DNA of 34,220 nucleotides, taken from NCBI GenBank assembly GCA_044356215.1, contig JBIKWQ010000032.1:1-34220 (forward strand), written 5' to 3'. Positions within the stretch are counted from its first letter, which is position 1. Each line of letters begins with the position of its first letter. This document shows positions 18,367 through 28,381 of the stretch, one piece after another. Source of the DNA: Bdellovibrionota bacterium (lineage in GTDB: Bacteria; Bdellovibrionota_C; UBA2361; OMII01). A program made the translations under genes and the position numbers. A model generated the notes under the pieces. That model did not search any database and had not been told where the DNA came from. It saw only the letters and a program-made list of their open reading frames with translations.

Positions 18367-19137
18367 CTACCCTGCACTGCCACCCAGCCACCTAGGAAGA
18401 AAATGCCGCACTCGCATAAAAGGGCCGCTGGCTACATAGATCGAAGAAAGCACGAGAAGACCCATCGCTGGACTCTTCCATACAAGGGCGATAATCACTC
18501 CGATAAAGAGACGCCCCTTAGTCTTAATTCCAGAGAGCTTTAGCTGCTTAATACTTAAAAACTCGATCGTCGAAACCATCAGGTAAGCCGCCATTAATAG
18601 CGCCACTGTCGCCAAAACGACAAAACTGTAGCTATCGTGTAGCCAAGGAGCAGTGTAAATAATCGCCACAATAAAAGCGGCCGCGGCTGGGGTTGGCATG
18701 CCGGTAAAACTCTTTAGATTTTCGGAAGCTATATTAAACCTGGCTAATCTACTCGCCGCGCACAGGGCATAGATAAAAGACACAGCTACACCAAATTCAT
18801 CAGCACTTCTTTGAAATGCCCAATGATACATCATCACCGCTGGGGCCAGTCCAAACGAGACAACATCTGAGAACGAATCAAACTCAACTCCGAATTTTGA
18901 AGTGGCGTTTAATCTTCTTGCTACTCGGCCATCTAAGCCATCAAGGAGAATAGCTATCAGGATCGCTATCACCGCCTTCTCTAATCTATCCGAGGACGCG
19001 TACATAATCGCGATAAATCCACAGAACATATTTCCAACCGTCACCGCGTTTGGGACAGCGTAGCGCCTCCGATAAAGTAGCTCCTTGATCTCCTGCCGCC
19101 TTAAACGATTGCTTACTTTCATAGAAAACGTATCCAC
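18367..19137 (-). CDS. pssA: CDP-diacylglycerol--serine O-phosphatidyltransferase (type II)
   Basis: PNAVTVGNMFCG, DGLDGRVAR...SKFGVEFDSFSDVVSFGLAPA, RLARFN and FTGMPTPAAA motifs. Confidence 0.92.
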   Translation of the reverse strand: MDTFSMKVSNRLRRQEIKELLYRRRYAVPNAVTVGNMFCGFIAIMYASSDRLEKAVIAILIAILLDGLDGRVARRLNATSKFGVEFDSFSDVVSFGLAPAVMMYHWAFQRSADEFGVAVSFIYALCAASRLARFNIASENLKSFTGMPTPAAAAFIVAIIYTAPWLHDSYSFVVLATVALLMAAYLMVSTIEFLSIKQLKLSGIKTKGRLFIGVIIALVWKSPAMGLLVLSSIYVASGPFMRVRHFLPRWLGGSAG

Positions 19138-19151
19138 TTAAAGCACTAGTG

Positions 19152-21302
19152 CTATCTGGCGTATCTCCGATCGAGATATACCTCACACGCCCGCGCTGTC
19201 CAATTTCTCCGGGCCGTGGGGAGTTCTAGCACATAACTACACCTCGATTCGAGTGCCTCGGCCATATCAGCGTAAACTACCGTAGCTCCTTGATCATTTA
19301 GCGCCGAAAGAAGGCTTGAAAGCACCCCCAAACGTGATTCTGGAAGCTCCTTTGGACCATCAATTAAGATAAGCTCTTTAGTGAGAGCGCCGCGGCCCTT
19401 TTGGTGCTCGGCTCTATTAAAGGATCTTATACACCCTCCTATAATCGCTATGAGACGTTGGTCGGATCGGGCGAGCTCCCTTAGGCTGGTTGATAGCTGA
19501 GCATTAGCTAACTCATCAGGTAACTCTAACTTTAAGTCTAAGATGCTGTGATCTAACCAGGGAAGATCCGCTAAGTCTCGAATCGACTTCAGCATCAGTT
19601 CGCCAACTGTACTGTTGCCGACCAGTAGCTCCGCTACCTGCCAATCGTACAGGGCGCCAAAGCAACCAGGACAAAGCGCACCTTTTACTTCACCAGTCAC
19701 CCTGTTGTTGAGGTTACGAACCCTACCACCTCCGCACTCAGTACAACGATAAAGCGAATTAGGAAGAACTAGATCGCTCTCAAGGAGCCCAAGCTCTTGA
19801 GCTCTCCGCGTTCTGGCGATCTCGCGCGCTAAAGGCTCAGCGAAACCTAGCGCCTCAAGAACGGTCTGCTCTGAATCGATCTCCGAGCTAACTAGTTCAC
19901 ACCTCTTTAGATCCCCAAACGATGCTATATGCTCAAACTTCTTCCGCTTTTGGAAACGCTCGGCGATAATTTTAAGTAAGAGGCTTTTGCCACCGCCAAC
20001 GCCTCCGCGTATCGCGCTAATCCCCTCTAACGGGAAACGCGCCTCGCTCAGTTCGATCGGTCCCCGTCTAATATCCCGCAAAACTAAGCTCTTTTCGCTT
20101 GATGAACAGCAACTATTTGCTACTTTAACTTGGACTGACTTCGTAGGAGCGCTTAAAACTATTATCTTTTCAGGGCCTATAAACGACGGTCGATCTTTAG
20201 TTAGGCCAATATCCCCTAAGTCCCGGTCTACTAAGTACTTTGCTGCCTTCAAGCCCGATAGCTCGGCGGAAGCGATTGATAGAAGTGCCAGCTCGCCGCG
20301 CGAAAAGAATTCTACAGCCGCGCCGAGGGGATATTCACCGAAGCCACAGCCGATAATCGTATTAAGGCTAAACTTGAGCTCATCTGATAAGCTCTTTGAG
20401 CCAACTGACACTAGTTCATCAAATGAGAGGGTAGCGAGATCGCGTAGCGCAAGGCCATTAAAGCGGTAATTAGCCATTGGTGTAACGACCCCGAAACCTA
20501 TGCAATCCCGGCACGCAACTAGCCTCGTGTCATCACCACTTATTAGCCATCCTGCACCCTTGCAGACGCCACACCGATTAGCGCGCTCTAGATCTAACCT
20601 AGTGGCATCAGCAAGGCGTACATCACACTTAGGACAACTCCATGAGCCCTTCACCCGCGCTAGTTCAACTCCTTTAGAGTCTCTTGATTTAAAGTGAGTT
20701 ATCCGCGCCTCGCTACCGCCGCGAGCAAACCACTTCGATAACTCGCTAGAGAGAGACGCTTCAGTAGCGTTTGCCACTAGAGCGATGACTGGCTCTCCTT
20801 GATCCGAGTCGCTGAGGTCGCTAGCTGATACTAATTTGTCGCTGATTATCGCCCGCTCAGATCCCAGCCACTCGCACCGCTCCCTTAATGAGAACTGATC
20901 ATCGTCGCCTACAACTGATATAGCTACTACGCCGCCATTCGGAAAAGTTGTGTTAGCGAGATTGCCGGGTGGAATAGCGACTTGCTGACACTTATCGCAG
21001 TAAGGTTCTAAATTACTGATTACCGCTGAGTAGATCTTCTCAGCTATTCCAAGTGATTCGATCACGCTTAGCGGCAGGACTCCAAGAGGAGTTTGCTTTA
21101 AAGATAATTCGAGGCGCGCTTTGCTCTTCGGCGCTATTAATAAGATCTGGCGTTGTAGGAGAGCGTCAAATAGATCAGGGTTTTCGCGCGATAGCGCTAG
21201 GTACTGCTCTTCTGAGAGTGAGCCTAGAGCGTGAGTCGCCACCGTCACGGCTAGGCTTTTGATGGAGTCAGAATCTTCTGCTTGTGGCTTTGTATGGCTC
21301 AT
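19152..21302 (-). CDS. Divergent UvrA-like protein with degenerate ATPase motifs
   Basis: Six CxxC pairs in UvrA order (CDKC, CPKC, CGVCKGAG, CRDCIGFG, CTECGGG, CPGCFG); second Walker A GGVGGGKS; signature and Walker B remnants FSRGE/LVDRD and LARSD/LIDGP. Confidence 0.75.
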   Translation of the reverse strand: MSHTKPQAEDSDSIKSLAVTVATHALGSLSEEQYLALSRENPDLFDALLQRQILLIAPKSKARLELSLKQTPLGVLPLSVIESLGIAEKIYSAVISNLEPYCDKCQQVAIPPGNLANTTFPNGGVVAISVVGDDDQFSLRERCEWLGSERAIISDKLVSASDLSDSDQGEPVIALVANATEASLSSELSKWFARGGSEARITHFKSRDSKGVELARVKGSWSCPKCDVRLADATRLDLERANRCGVCKGAGWLISGDDTRLVACRDCIGFGVVTPMANYRFNGLALRDLATLSFDELVSVGSKSLSDELKFSLNTIIGCGFGEYPLGAAVEFFSRGELALLSIASAELSGLKAAKYLVDRDLGDIGLTKDRPSFIGPEKIIVLSAPTKSVQVKVANSCCSSSEKSLVLRDIRRGPIELSEARFPLEGISAIRGGVGGGKSLLLKIIAERFQKRKKFEHIASFGDLKRCELVSSEIDSEQTVLEALGFAEPLAREIARTRRAQELGLLESDLVLPNSLYRCTECGGGRVRNLNNRVTGEVKGALCPGCFGALYDWQVAELLVGNSTVGELMLKSIRDLADLPWLDHSILDLKLELPDELANAQLSTSLRELARSDQRLIAIIGGCIRSFNRAEHQKGRGALTKELILIDGPKELPESRLGVLSSLLSALNDQGATVVYADMAEALESRCSYVLELPTARRNWTARACEVYLDRRYAR

Positions 21303-21344
21303 GGTGGGTTAGGATATCACTTGGTGAGAGATGTACCAATCCGC

Positions 21345-21671
21345 TCAATCCCTGAATGGGCAATCACGTGCACCTGCTCGTGCACGTAAACGAGAAACGT
21401 ACCCGAATTCAGGGTCAGACAGTAGCCGAGCCAAGATAGTAGAAGTGGCAAATCGGGTACGTTTACGAGCAGGTGCACGAGCAGGTTCAAGTGGGAATGG
21501 CCATGTAAAGCCTATTCAGGAGTTGACCAAGCTTTACATGGATAAATCGTGAGCGTGCTCTAAAACGGAAACGTATAACGTCTAAAGTATACGTTTTTCG
21601 TGCACGAGCAGGAGCACGACAGACGTTTACGTGCACGGTCGTTACATGTAAAGCCTATTCAGGGATTAACC
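21345..21671. repeat. Hexamer-periodic palindromic element with terminal inverted motif
   Basis: Ends TCAATCCCTGAATGGGC (21345-21361) and CATGTAAAGCCTATTCAGGGATTAACC (21645-21671); internal copy at 21502-21528; CGTGCA/CGAGCA/CGTTTA hexamer runs; inverted AAACGTACCCGA/TCGGGTACGTTT. Confidence 0.75.
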
Positions 21672-21740
21672 TCCCCCCCCCTTCCTCACCTTTCCCTAAC
21701 CCCCCATCCTTGGTACCCTTATCCGGTAATAGTTAACACC

Positions 21741-23057
21741 ATGAGCAACGCACCTTTCTGGGCTAAATATCTCCGTTTTTTTCGCTCGCGCAACGCGCCC
21801 GTTACTACCCGTAGCGCGCTCTTAATCCTCTTCTGCGCTTACCTACTTATTGTTCCGGTCCCTAACAGCTCAGATATTATCGCCGCTTCACTCGCTTACG
21901 GCTTACTCACAATATTAGCCGCCCTACTGCTAACTACGACTGTCCAGTTTATCGTAACAAAGAGGGCTCTTAGCTCAATTCAATTTTATCCCCCAGATAA
22001 CAAAGTCACCTCCGGAGAAGCAGCCACCTGCGCCATCTCAACACAACACGATATCAAGCTCATCCCTGGGTTGTGCCTTGAACTAAAACCGCTCTGCTCT
22101 CAGAGCGGGATCGTGCTCCCCACTTTAAAGATCTCTAACGGGCTCCAAGCCAAGGCTCCGCTCGCTTTTGAGATATCAACGCCTCACCGCGGAAACTGGG
22201 AGATTCACGAATTACGTTGTTCGGTGGGAGATCTAACCGGACTTTTCAAGCTTAATTGGCAGATTCCTCTTGAGACATCGATAGTCGCCGTACCTCCACC
22301 CCTCACAGGAAGCCTCCTACCACTGATTAGCTCAACTCAGAGAGCTGGTGACGCTCTTAATGACACAGTCCACCGATTGGGAGACCCCTTCGACATCAAA
22401 CCTTATCACCCCTCTGATGGTATCAAAAAAATCATCTGGAAGGCCTTCGCCAAGAGTGGCCAACTTCTATCTAGACACCCCGAGCCATCTATGACCCCGG
22501 AGGGGTTTGTGGCGATCTTCGTTCTGGCAAGACCAGAGGATGATCAGATCTGCGCTAAAGCTCTAAATTATATCGAGAGCCTTAAAGAATTAAATCTAGA
22601 TCTGGCTCTCTGCTGCGAGGGCCAGAAAAGCCGCGCTGTCGGCCACGACTACGCATCAAGCCAAGATCTATTAGTGAACTCAACTTGGGACGCGACTTCA
22701 AGCGATGAGCGATCGATCCAGGCCGATCTACAACTCCTCTTTGATACCTGCTCCGCTCAAGGAGTGGCCCTGAACCTGCGTAAAATCGGGGTCTTCTGCT
22801 CCGGTTCGCGTTTAGCTAATCCCGATGATAGCTCGCTTATTAAGGGGGTGATCTCTTGGTTCGAGGAGCGGCAGATCGAGCCTGTATTTTTTCTCACCGA
22901 TCCCAAGATTAGTAGCGGCGAAAAAGCGAACGTTAGGGAAAAGGTGTCGGGTATCTTTGTCGAGAGCTCTCAGGCTCCAGAACGCGCCTCCTCGCGGAAG
23001 CTCTATGAGTCATTTCTATCTACATGTGTTGGCAAACAGTGGGAGGTCTTTGTATGA
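21741..23057 (+). CDS. DUF58 domain membrane protein
   Basis: Two N-terminal TMs; PHRGNW; IKPYHPSDGIKKIIWKAFAK matches the DUF58 REYxPGDxxRxIHWKA motif. Start ATG 21741 preferred because the ORF-track start lies inside a repeat. Confidence 0.82.
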   Translation: MSNAPFWAKYLRFFRSRNAPVTTRSALLILFCAYLLIVPVPNSSDIIAASLAYGLLTILAALLLTTTVQFIVTKRALSSIQFYPPDNKVTSGEAATCAISTQHDIKLIPGLCLELKPLCSQSGIVLPTLKISNGLQAKAPLAFEISTPHRGNWEIHELRCSVGDLTGLFKLNWQIPLETSIVAVPPPLTGSLLPLISSTQRAGDALNDTVHRLGDPFDIKPYHPSDGIKKIIWKAFAKSGQLLSRHPEPSMTPEGFVAIFVLARPEDDQICAKALNYIESLKELNLDLALCCEGQKSRAVGHDYASSQDLLVNSTWDATSSDERSIQADLQLLFDTCSAQGVALNLRKIGVFCSGSRLANPDDSSLIKGVISWFEERQIEPVFFLTDPKISSGEKANVREKVSGIFVESSQAPERASSRKLYESFLSTCVGKQWEVFV

Positions 23058-25249
23058 CCGATACAACTAGAAGCAACCAACGCCCCCCCTTTTTCCTGGC
23101 GGTATTAGCCCTGCGCTCTCTTTGGGTCGTACTCATTTCTATAGCTCTACAGGCCCTCTTTCCTCTAGGGACACCTTCGTATTTGGTAGCTATAGCGGGA
23201 GTCGCTGGAGTTATACTTAGCTCTATTTGCGCGCAGACGAAGCTAAATTCGCTGGGGTTTGTCACTGCTATAATCGCTCTATTTGTAGGCTTTAAGGCTC
23301 TCTTCTGGTCTCTTCAGGAGCTAACATCACTCTTTGGCATCACATCATTTATTATCGATAGCATCTCGATGCACGCTGGCACGTGCTTAATTAGCGCATG
23401 CATTTGGGCCGCGGTAACGTGGGCTTTTTGGCGTTTTAAATCAGCCCTAACATTAGAGATGGTAGCTTTTTTCGGTATTGGGCTAACCCTCTTCTCAGGC
23501 CACAGAAACTTTCACCTCGATCGACCAAAGATATTAAATCAGATCGCTTGGCAGCTTCGTGTTGATCACTTAACGATGCTCTTTATTATCGGCTCAGCGC
23601 TTCTACTTTTTGGATTGGTCTATCTCTACTGCGCCTCTCTCGCAGTTAGACCTAGATTAGACGGGCCGATAAAAAAGGCATCCTCGCCCAGAGCAAGAGT
23701 TGTAACTACGACCCTCTGCCTCGGTGTTCTAGCCGCTATTATATATTTCGTACAAACCTTAATCTATGGGCACTACAACGCCACTATGCTAGCTCGAGTC
23801 GCTAACGGCGTTGGAATGAAAGAAGGGCCAGGTGTTAGCCCACTAAGCTTTCAGAGCGCTCTCGGTAGCACCAACCAACCTGCCGCGCTTGTTAGACTTG
23901 AAGGGGATTACAGCGATAATCCATTTAGCCCGATGCTATACCTTCGTGAAAGCGCGCTCTCGTCATTTAGCGGTAATGAGATGGTCTTTGCCGGTAGAGC
24001 ATTCGATACCGACCTCCCTGTAACACCGACCCGTGATGCCTTTTCGCGCCAGGAAGATAGCGAGCTATCAGAGAGAACCCCACTAGTTCAATCGATGTAT
24101 CTCCTGGCGGAGCACGATCACGCTTTCGCGGCGGACTATCCGATATCGATCACTCAACTAAAGAACCCACGGCCAAATCGATTTAAGGCTACTTACCGCG
24201 CATATTCGGTCGCTCCAGCATACACCCTATCAAAACTCACAGACCGCCAAGTAGGAGATCCTCGCTGGACCCAAGATGTAAAGGACCACTACTTAGAGAC
24301 TCATCCAGATAAACGTTACTCAGAGTTAGCCCTTAAGCTAACCAAGGACGCGGTCACTCCAGTTGATAAGATGAACGCTATAACGTCTTACCTATCAAAA
24401 ACCGCGATCTACACACTAACTCCAAACCACGAAGTTAAACCGGGAGACGATCCGGTAGCCGCTTTTCTTTTTGGAGATAATCGCGGTTATTGCGTTCACT
24501 TCGCTCACGCGATTGTTTTTATGGCCCGTTCGTTAGGGATCCCAGCACGCATCGGAACTGGTTATCTTACCGACCTAAGCCAAGCAAAGGACGGCCATAT
24601 CCTCTTACGCATGAGCGATCGTCACGCGTGGGCAGAGGTTAATATCACCGGTATCGGTTGGGTTCCGTTTGATGTTCAACCTGAGCAGGTAGAGAGCCAC
24701 GCCGAGACACAGGTAGATGCTAAGTTGCTTGAGGAGTTAATGGGAGTTCTTGAGCCTGGAGAGGAGATCTTACCAGCTGAGAACACTAAGGACGAAGCCG
24801 GGATGGTTGAACCAGAGGAGTACTGGATCCCGTCAAGAACGCAGGTTCTCGCAACTCTAGGAGCTCTTATTATAGCTCTCGCCTTGTTAAAGCTACTTTT
24901 ACGTTGGGGTTGGAGGTTGGCTCCGAATCCTCGTTTAGCTTTAAAATGGGGCTATATCTCTGCCGCTTCAACTCTGCACGATATAGGGATCTCGCGCGAA
25001 TTAGGAGAAACACGCTTAGAGTTCGCAAAAAGAACTCCTGATCAAAGCCTAACTAAACTCTCTCAATTAACCGTAACAAAAGCTTACTCCGAATCAAGTA
25101 GCGTCAGTCAATCGAACGTTAATCAAGCGATGTGCGAATTTAATCGGCACTATAAGGAACTTCCGGCACGTAAGAGATTTCTAGCGGCGGCAAATCCCAG
25201 CTCTGTAACGCGAGCAATATCAGGGATATTTACTGGGGGGAATTGGTAA
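23054..25249 (+). CDS. Membrane-bound transglutaminase-like protein (TgpA-like)
   Basis: Multiple N-terminal TMs; catalytic triad motifs GYCVHFAHA, HAWAEV and GWVPFDVQP; ATGA overlap with the DUF58 stop. Confidence 0.9.
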   Translation: MTDTTRSNQRPPFFLAVLALRSLWVVLISIALQALFPLGTPSYLVAIAGVAGVILSSICAQTKLNSLGFVTAIIALFVGFKALFWSLQELTSLFGITSFIIDSISMHAGTCLISACIWAAVTWAFWRFKSALTLEMVAFFGIGLTLFSGHRNFHLDRPKILNQIAWQLRVDHLTMLFIIGSALLLFGLVYLYCASLAVRPRLDGPIKKASSPRARVVTTTLCLGVLAAIIYFVQTLIYGHYNATMLARVANGVGMKEGPGVSPLSFQSALGSTNQPAALVRLEGDYSDNPFSPMLYLRESALSSFSGNEMVFAGRAFDTDLPVTPTRDAFSRQEDSELSERTPLVQSMYLLAEHDHAFAADYPISITQLKNPRPNRFKATYRAYSVAPAYTLSKLTDRQVGDPRWTQDVKDHYLETHPDKRYSELALKLTKDAVTPVDKMNAITSYLSKTAIYTLTPNHEVKPGDDPVAAFLFGDNRGYCVHFAHAIVFMARSLGIPARIGTGYLTDLSQAKDGHILLRMSDRHAWAEVNITGIGWVPFDVQPEQVESHAETQVDAKLLEELMGVLEPGEEILPAENTKDEAGMVEPEEYWIPSRTQVLATLGALIIALALLKLLLRWGWRLAPNPRLALKWGYISAASTLHDIGISRELGETRLEFAKRTPDQSLTKLSQLTVTKAYSESSSVSQSNVNQAMCEFNRHYKELPARKRFLAAANPSSVTRAISGIFTGGNW

Positions 25250-25250
25250 G

Positions 25251-27239
25251 ATGTCGCTTCGCCGGTCAATTCCGCGTTTCTGTTTTAGCCTGATCCTGGC
25301 TACATCAATGGTTGCAAAGAGTAGCTACACTTTTGCTGAGCCTGCCGCCCCCGATTCTGGAGCTTTATCAAGCGATGATGACCTACTACTTGATCCATTT
25401 GATCCCTTCGATTTAGGGGACAAGGATCCCATCGCATCCGAACAAGAAGATAGCTCAAAGTCAGCCGAAGGCCTGTTGCGAGAAGCTAGCAACCTGCTCA
25501 TGCTAGAGCGACCTCTAGACGCGAGAACAAAGCTCCTGCGCGCTCTTCAGCGCGATCCAAAGCTCTATCGTACACACTACCTCTTGGCCGGTTACTATCT
25601 AGTTCACGTCGGCCACTTTCGTTTAGCGATGAAATACATCAAGCAAGCGGAGAAACTATTCGAGGAGCAGAACGGCAAGCCACCGTACACGGATCGGATG
25701 TTGCAGATCGAGCACTCAAGCATCCTCTATTATGAGAGCCAGATAAGATTAAGCTTAGATAACTATCAGGGAGCTCTTGAATCGCTCGATCGCTACTCTG
25801 CCTTTGGATACACCAGTGAATGGTACCCCGGTTCGCGCGCGTGGATCCTAATGAAACTGGGTCGAATCCAGGAGGCTATCACCGTCGCCCGCGCTGGAAT
25901 CTTAGCCGGAGCTGAGCCTGGAAGAACCCTCAATATGCTTGGTATCCTGCTCTCTATGAATGGGCAGCCGCAGGAAGCTTTAGAAGTTTTCCGCAGGGCG
26001 ATCGCCGGAGAATTCGCCTCTGGTAGCGATGGGCAACCAGCTACTCCCCTTAACAACTCAGGTGAGGTCTACAAAGAGATCTTTGACGATGACAAAGCTG
26101 AATCTAGCTTCCTCCGGGCGATAGCTCTTCCCGATGGATGCGAGCACGTTCTTCCCAGCCTGAATATGGCTCTGATGTATATAGATCAACTTAAACTAGA
26201 CTCGGCCAGATCAACGATCGACGGTTTTGATCGCTGCGTTGCGCAGTTCCCCCTCCGTAACAACGAGGAACACGCTGCTTTAGTGCACCTAGCACGTGGG
26301 CGGATCGCGCTCCATTACGGTAACGTTGATAAGGCGATCGAGCACCTGCGCGCGGCGATGGATGGCACCCAATGGTTCGGCAAGATAGGAACAAACCAAA
26401 ACGACCTGGTAGTAGCGGCAACTATCTCTCTTAGCCAAGCTCTAAGGATAAAGAACAATCACTTATCCTTTAGACTAAATGAGTCCTGGAGCGAGTTACT
26501 AAGCAACTTAAAGCAGAGAACCGAGAACTCCGTTGAAGCCTGGTGGTTAGCGCGCCGCGCCAGACAGATGCTAGTGGGTGAATTAAATGACCTTGAGGAT
26601 CTCCAGATCCGCAACACAGATAGTCTACTCGAGTACCCAACCCTTGGATCAGCGCTTAAGGGGCTCTCCACAACAAGCTTAACGCGAAGACTTAAGCGCG
26701 ACAGCTCAAACGATCAGCGCGTACCAGCTAAACTTTTCTATGAGCTCTATGAGGCTGAGAGCCGTTTGGGATTTTTCCGTTCTAGCCAAGCCACGACCTC
26801 TCTTGATAACGTGATTGAGCGCGCGCGTCCCCGCTATGACGAACTATTAAAGACTCACGCCACCCTCCTTAGGATGAGGACACTTCAGATTTCATCCAAT
26901 AGGTACCGCGATCTGGCCTACCGGGTCTTTCTTACAGCTCCGGCGCTCTTAAGAAATTACGGATTACCCCTACCTGTGACGCTAGACTCGTCAGAGGTTC
27001 CAAGTGATATTCAGCGCTCTCTATTAAAGGGCCCATTTGTCGCCGCCACGAGTCAGGATGACACTACCTGCGCCATAACCTCCACTCGCCTTAGTGACGG
27101 GACTATTAAACTTAACTTCACCTGTCCAGGTGGTCAGAGCGCTAAAAATCGTGTTGTAGAGGATAGTGCTTTAGAGCGAGTTGTGAATAAACTATCGGAA
27201 GCTATTTTTTCAAAGACGATCTTAAAATCCGGTGAGTAG
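25251..27239 (+). CDS. Secreted/periplasmic tetratricopeptide-repeat protein
   Basis: Signal peptide (YTFA-E); TPR-like helices (TLNMLGILL...QEALEVFRRAI, LNNSGEVY...AESSFLRAI, HLARGRIAL...DKAIEHLRAA). Confidence 0.75.
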   Translation: MSLRRSIPRFCFSLILATSMVAKSSYTFAEPAAPDSGALSSDDDLLLDPFDPFDLGDKDPIASEQEDSSKSAEGLLREASNLLMLERPLDARTKLLRALQRDPKLYRTHYLLAGYYLVHVGHFRLAMKYIKQAEKLFEEQNGKPPYTDRMLQIEHSSILYYESQIRLSLDNYQGALESLDRYSAFGYTSEWYPGSRAWILMKLGRIQEAITVARAGILAGAEPGRTLNMLGILLSMNGQPQEALEVFRRAIAGEFASGSDGQPATPLNNSGEVYKEIFDDDKAESSFLRAIALPDGCEHVLPSLNMALMYIDQLKLDSARSTIDGFDRCVAQFPLRNNEEHAALVHLARGRIALHYGNVDKAIEHLRAAMDGTQWFGKIGTNQNDLVVAATISLSQALRIKNNHLSFRLNESWSELLSNLKQRTENSVEAWWLARRARQMLVGELNDLEDLQIRNTDSLLEYPTLGSALKGLSTTSLTRRLKRDSSNDQRVPAKLFYELYEAESRLGFFRSSQATTSLDNVIERARPRYDELLKTHATLLRMRTLQISSNRYRDLAYRVFLTAPALLRNYGLPLPVTLDSSEVPSDIQRSLLKGPFVAATSQDDTTCAITSTRLSDGTIKLNFTCPGGQSAKNRVVEDSALERVVNKLSEAIFSKTILKSGE

Positions 27240-27260
27240 TCACGGTTGAGAATTGAGAGT

Positions 27261-28280
27261 ATGGAAGCAGCAGTAACAAGCAGTGAATTTCAGACGGCGC
27301 ACACGACTATCTCAGCGTTAGTTTCAGCGCTAGAGCGGGTGATTCGTGGGCGGAGTGACACTATCCGTTTAGTCATAGCGGCGTTAATCGCTGATGGTCA
27401 CGTACTTCTTGAGGACTACCCAGGATCTGGGAAAACGACCCTCTCAAAAACATTAGGTGGTCTAATCGGCGCTGACAGCCAAGGCGACAACCGCTTCCCT
27501 TCTCGCGCTAGCGATCCGATCGTTAATTTTAGAAGAATTCAGTTCACACCGGATATGCTTCCGGGGGATGTTCTCGGAGTTAATATATTTGATCCAAAAA
27601 TCGGTAGCTTTAACTTTATGCACGGCCCAGTTTTCGCGCATATCGTTCTAGCCGACGAGATAAATCGCACCGGCCCAAAGGTTCAGGCGGCCTTCCTTGA
27701 GTGTATGGCTGAGAAGCAGGTGACGATGGATAACGTCACCCGCCCCCTAGATCAACTCTTCTTTGTCTTAGGAACTCAGAACCCTCTTGATATCGCCGGA
27801 ACATATCCACTCCCTCAGGTACAGTTGGACCGGTTCTTATTAAAGGTGCCGATGTCGTATGTCGACGCGGCGACCGAGCGCGAAATCCTTGAATCACACA
27901 ACGAGATCCGCGAAGGATCAACAGTAGTGACCCCTGTTTGCAGCAGGAGCGATATCCTAGCGGCGCGCCTGATTTGCGATCAAGTTCACGTTTCGCAGGC
28001 TTTACGAGAGGCGATGGTTGAGATAGTTCAGGCGACCCGTGGCAATCCGATGATTCAGTTCGGCGCCTCGACCAGAGCCGCTTTGATGCTTCAGACAGCG
28101 ACAAGAGCGTGGGCGTTAATCTCTGGGCGTGATCACGCCACAGAGGACGATCTGCGTTACATCGCCCCGTATGTACTTTTACACCGTTTAAGATTTCACG
28201 CTGGAGCTGGAGAGTCTAAAAAAGCCCTTGAAGCTATTACTTTGCCGGTGTTTGAGAGGCTTGTTAGGCGTGGGCTGTAA
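27261..28280 (+). CDS. moxR: MoxR-family AAA+ ATPase
   Basis: GHVLLEDYPGSGKT, RIQFTPDMLPGD, LADEINR, TQNP, YPLPQVQLDRF and GASTRA motifs. Start ATG 27261 (track gives TTG 27246). Confidence 0.93.
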   Translation: MEAAVTSSEFQTAHTTISALVSALERVIRGRSDTIRLVIAALIADGHVLLEDYPGSGKTTLSKTLGGLIGADSQGDNRFPSRASDPIVNFRRIQFTPDMLPGDVLGVNIFDPKIGSFNFMHGPVFAHIVLADEINRTGPKVQAAFLECMAEKQVTMDNVTRPLDQLFFVLGTQNPLDIAGTYPLPQVQLDRFLLKVPMSYVDAATEREILESHNEIREGSTVVTPVCSRSDILAARLICDQVHVSQALREAMVEIVQATRGNPMIQFGASTRAALMLQTATRAWALISGRDHATEDDLRYIAPYVLLHRLRFHAGAGESKKALEAITLPVFERLVRRGL

Positions 28281-28381
28281 AAATTAAACCTAAAAAGTAG
28301 CCCCCTAATCTCCAGCTTTTTAAGCTTTTAGCCGAACTCCCCTTACCTGCGAAAAAGAGGAATTTCAGGGGTCATTACGCC

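Noticed and set aside
21600..21740. N-terminal extension of the DUF58 ORF
   Set aside because: Lies within the hexamer repeat element; ATG 21741 gives a typical start.
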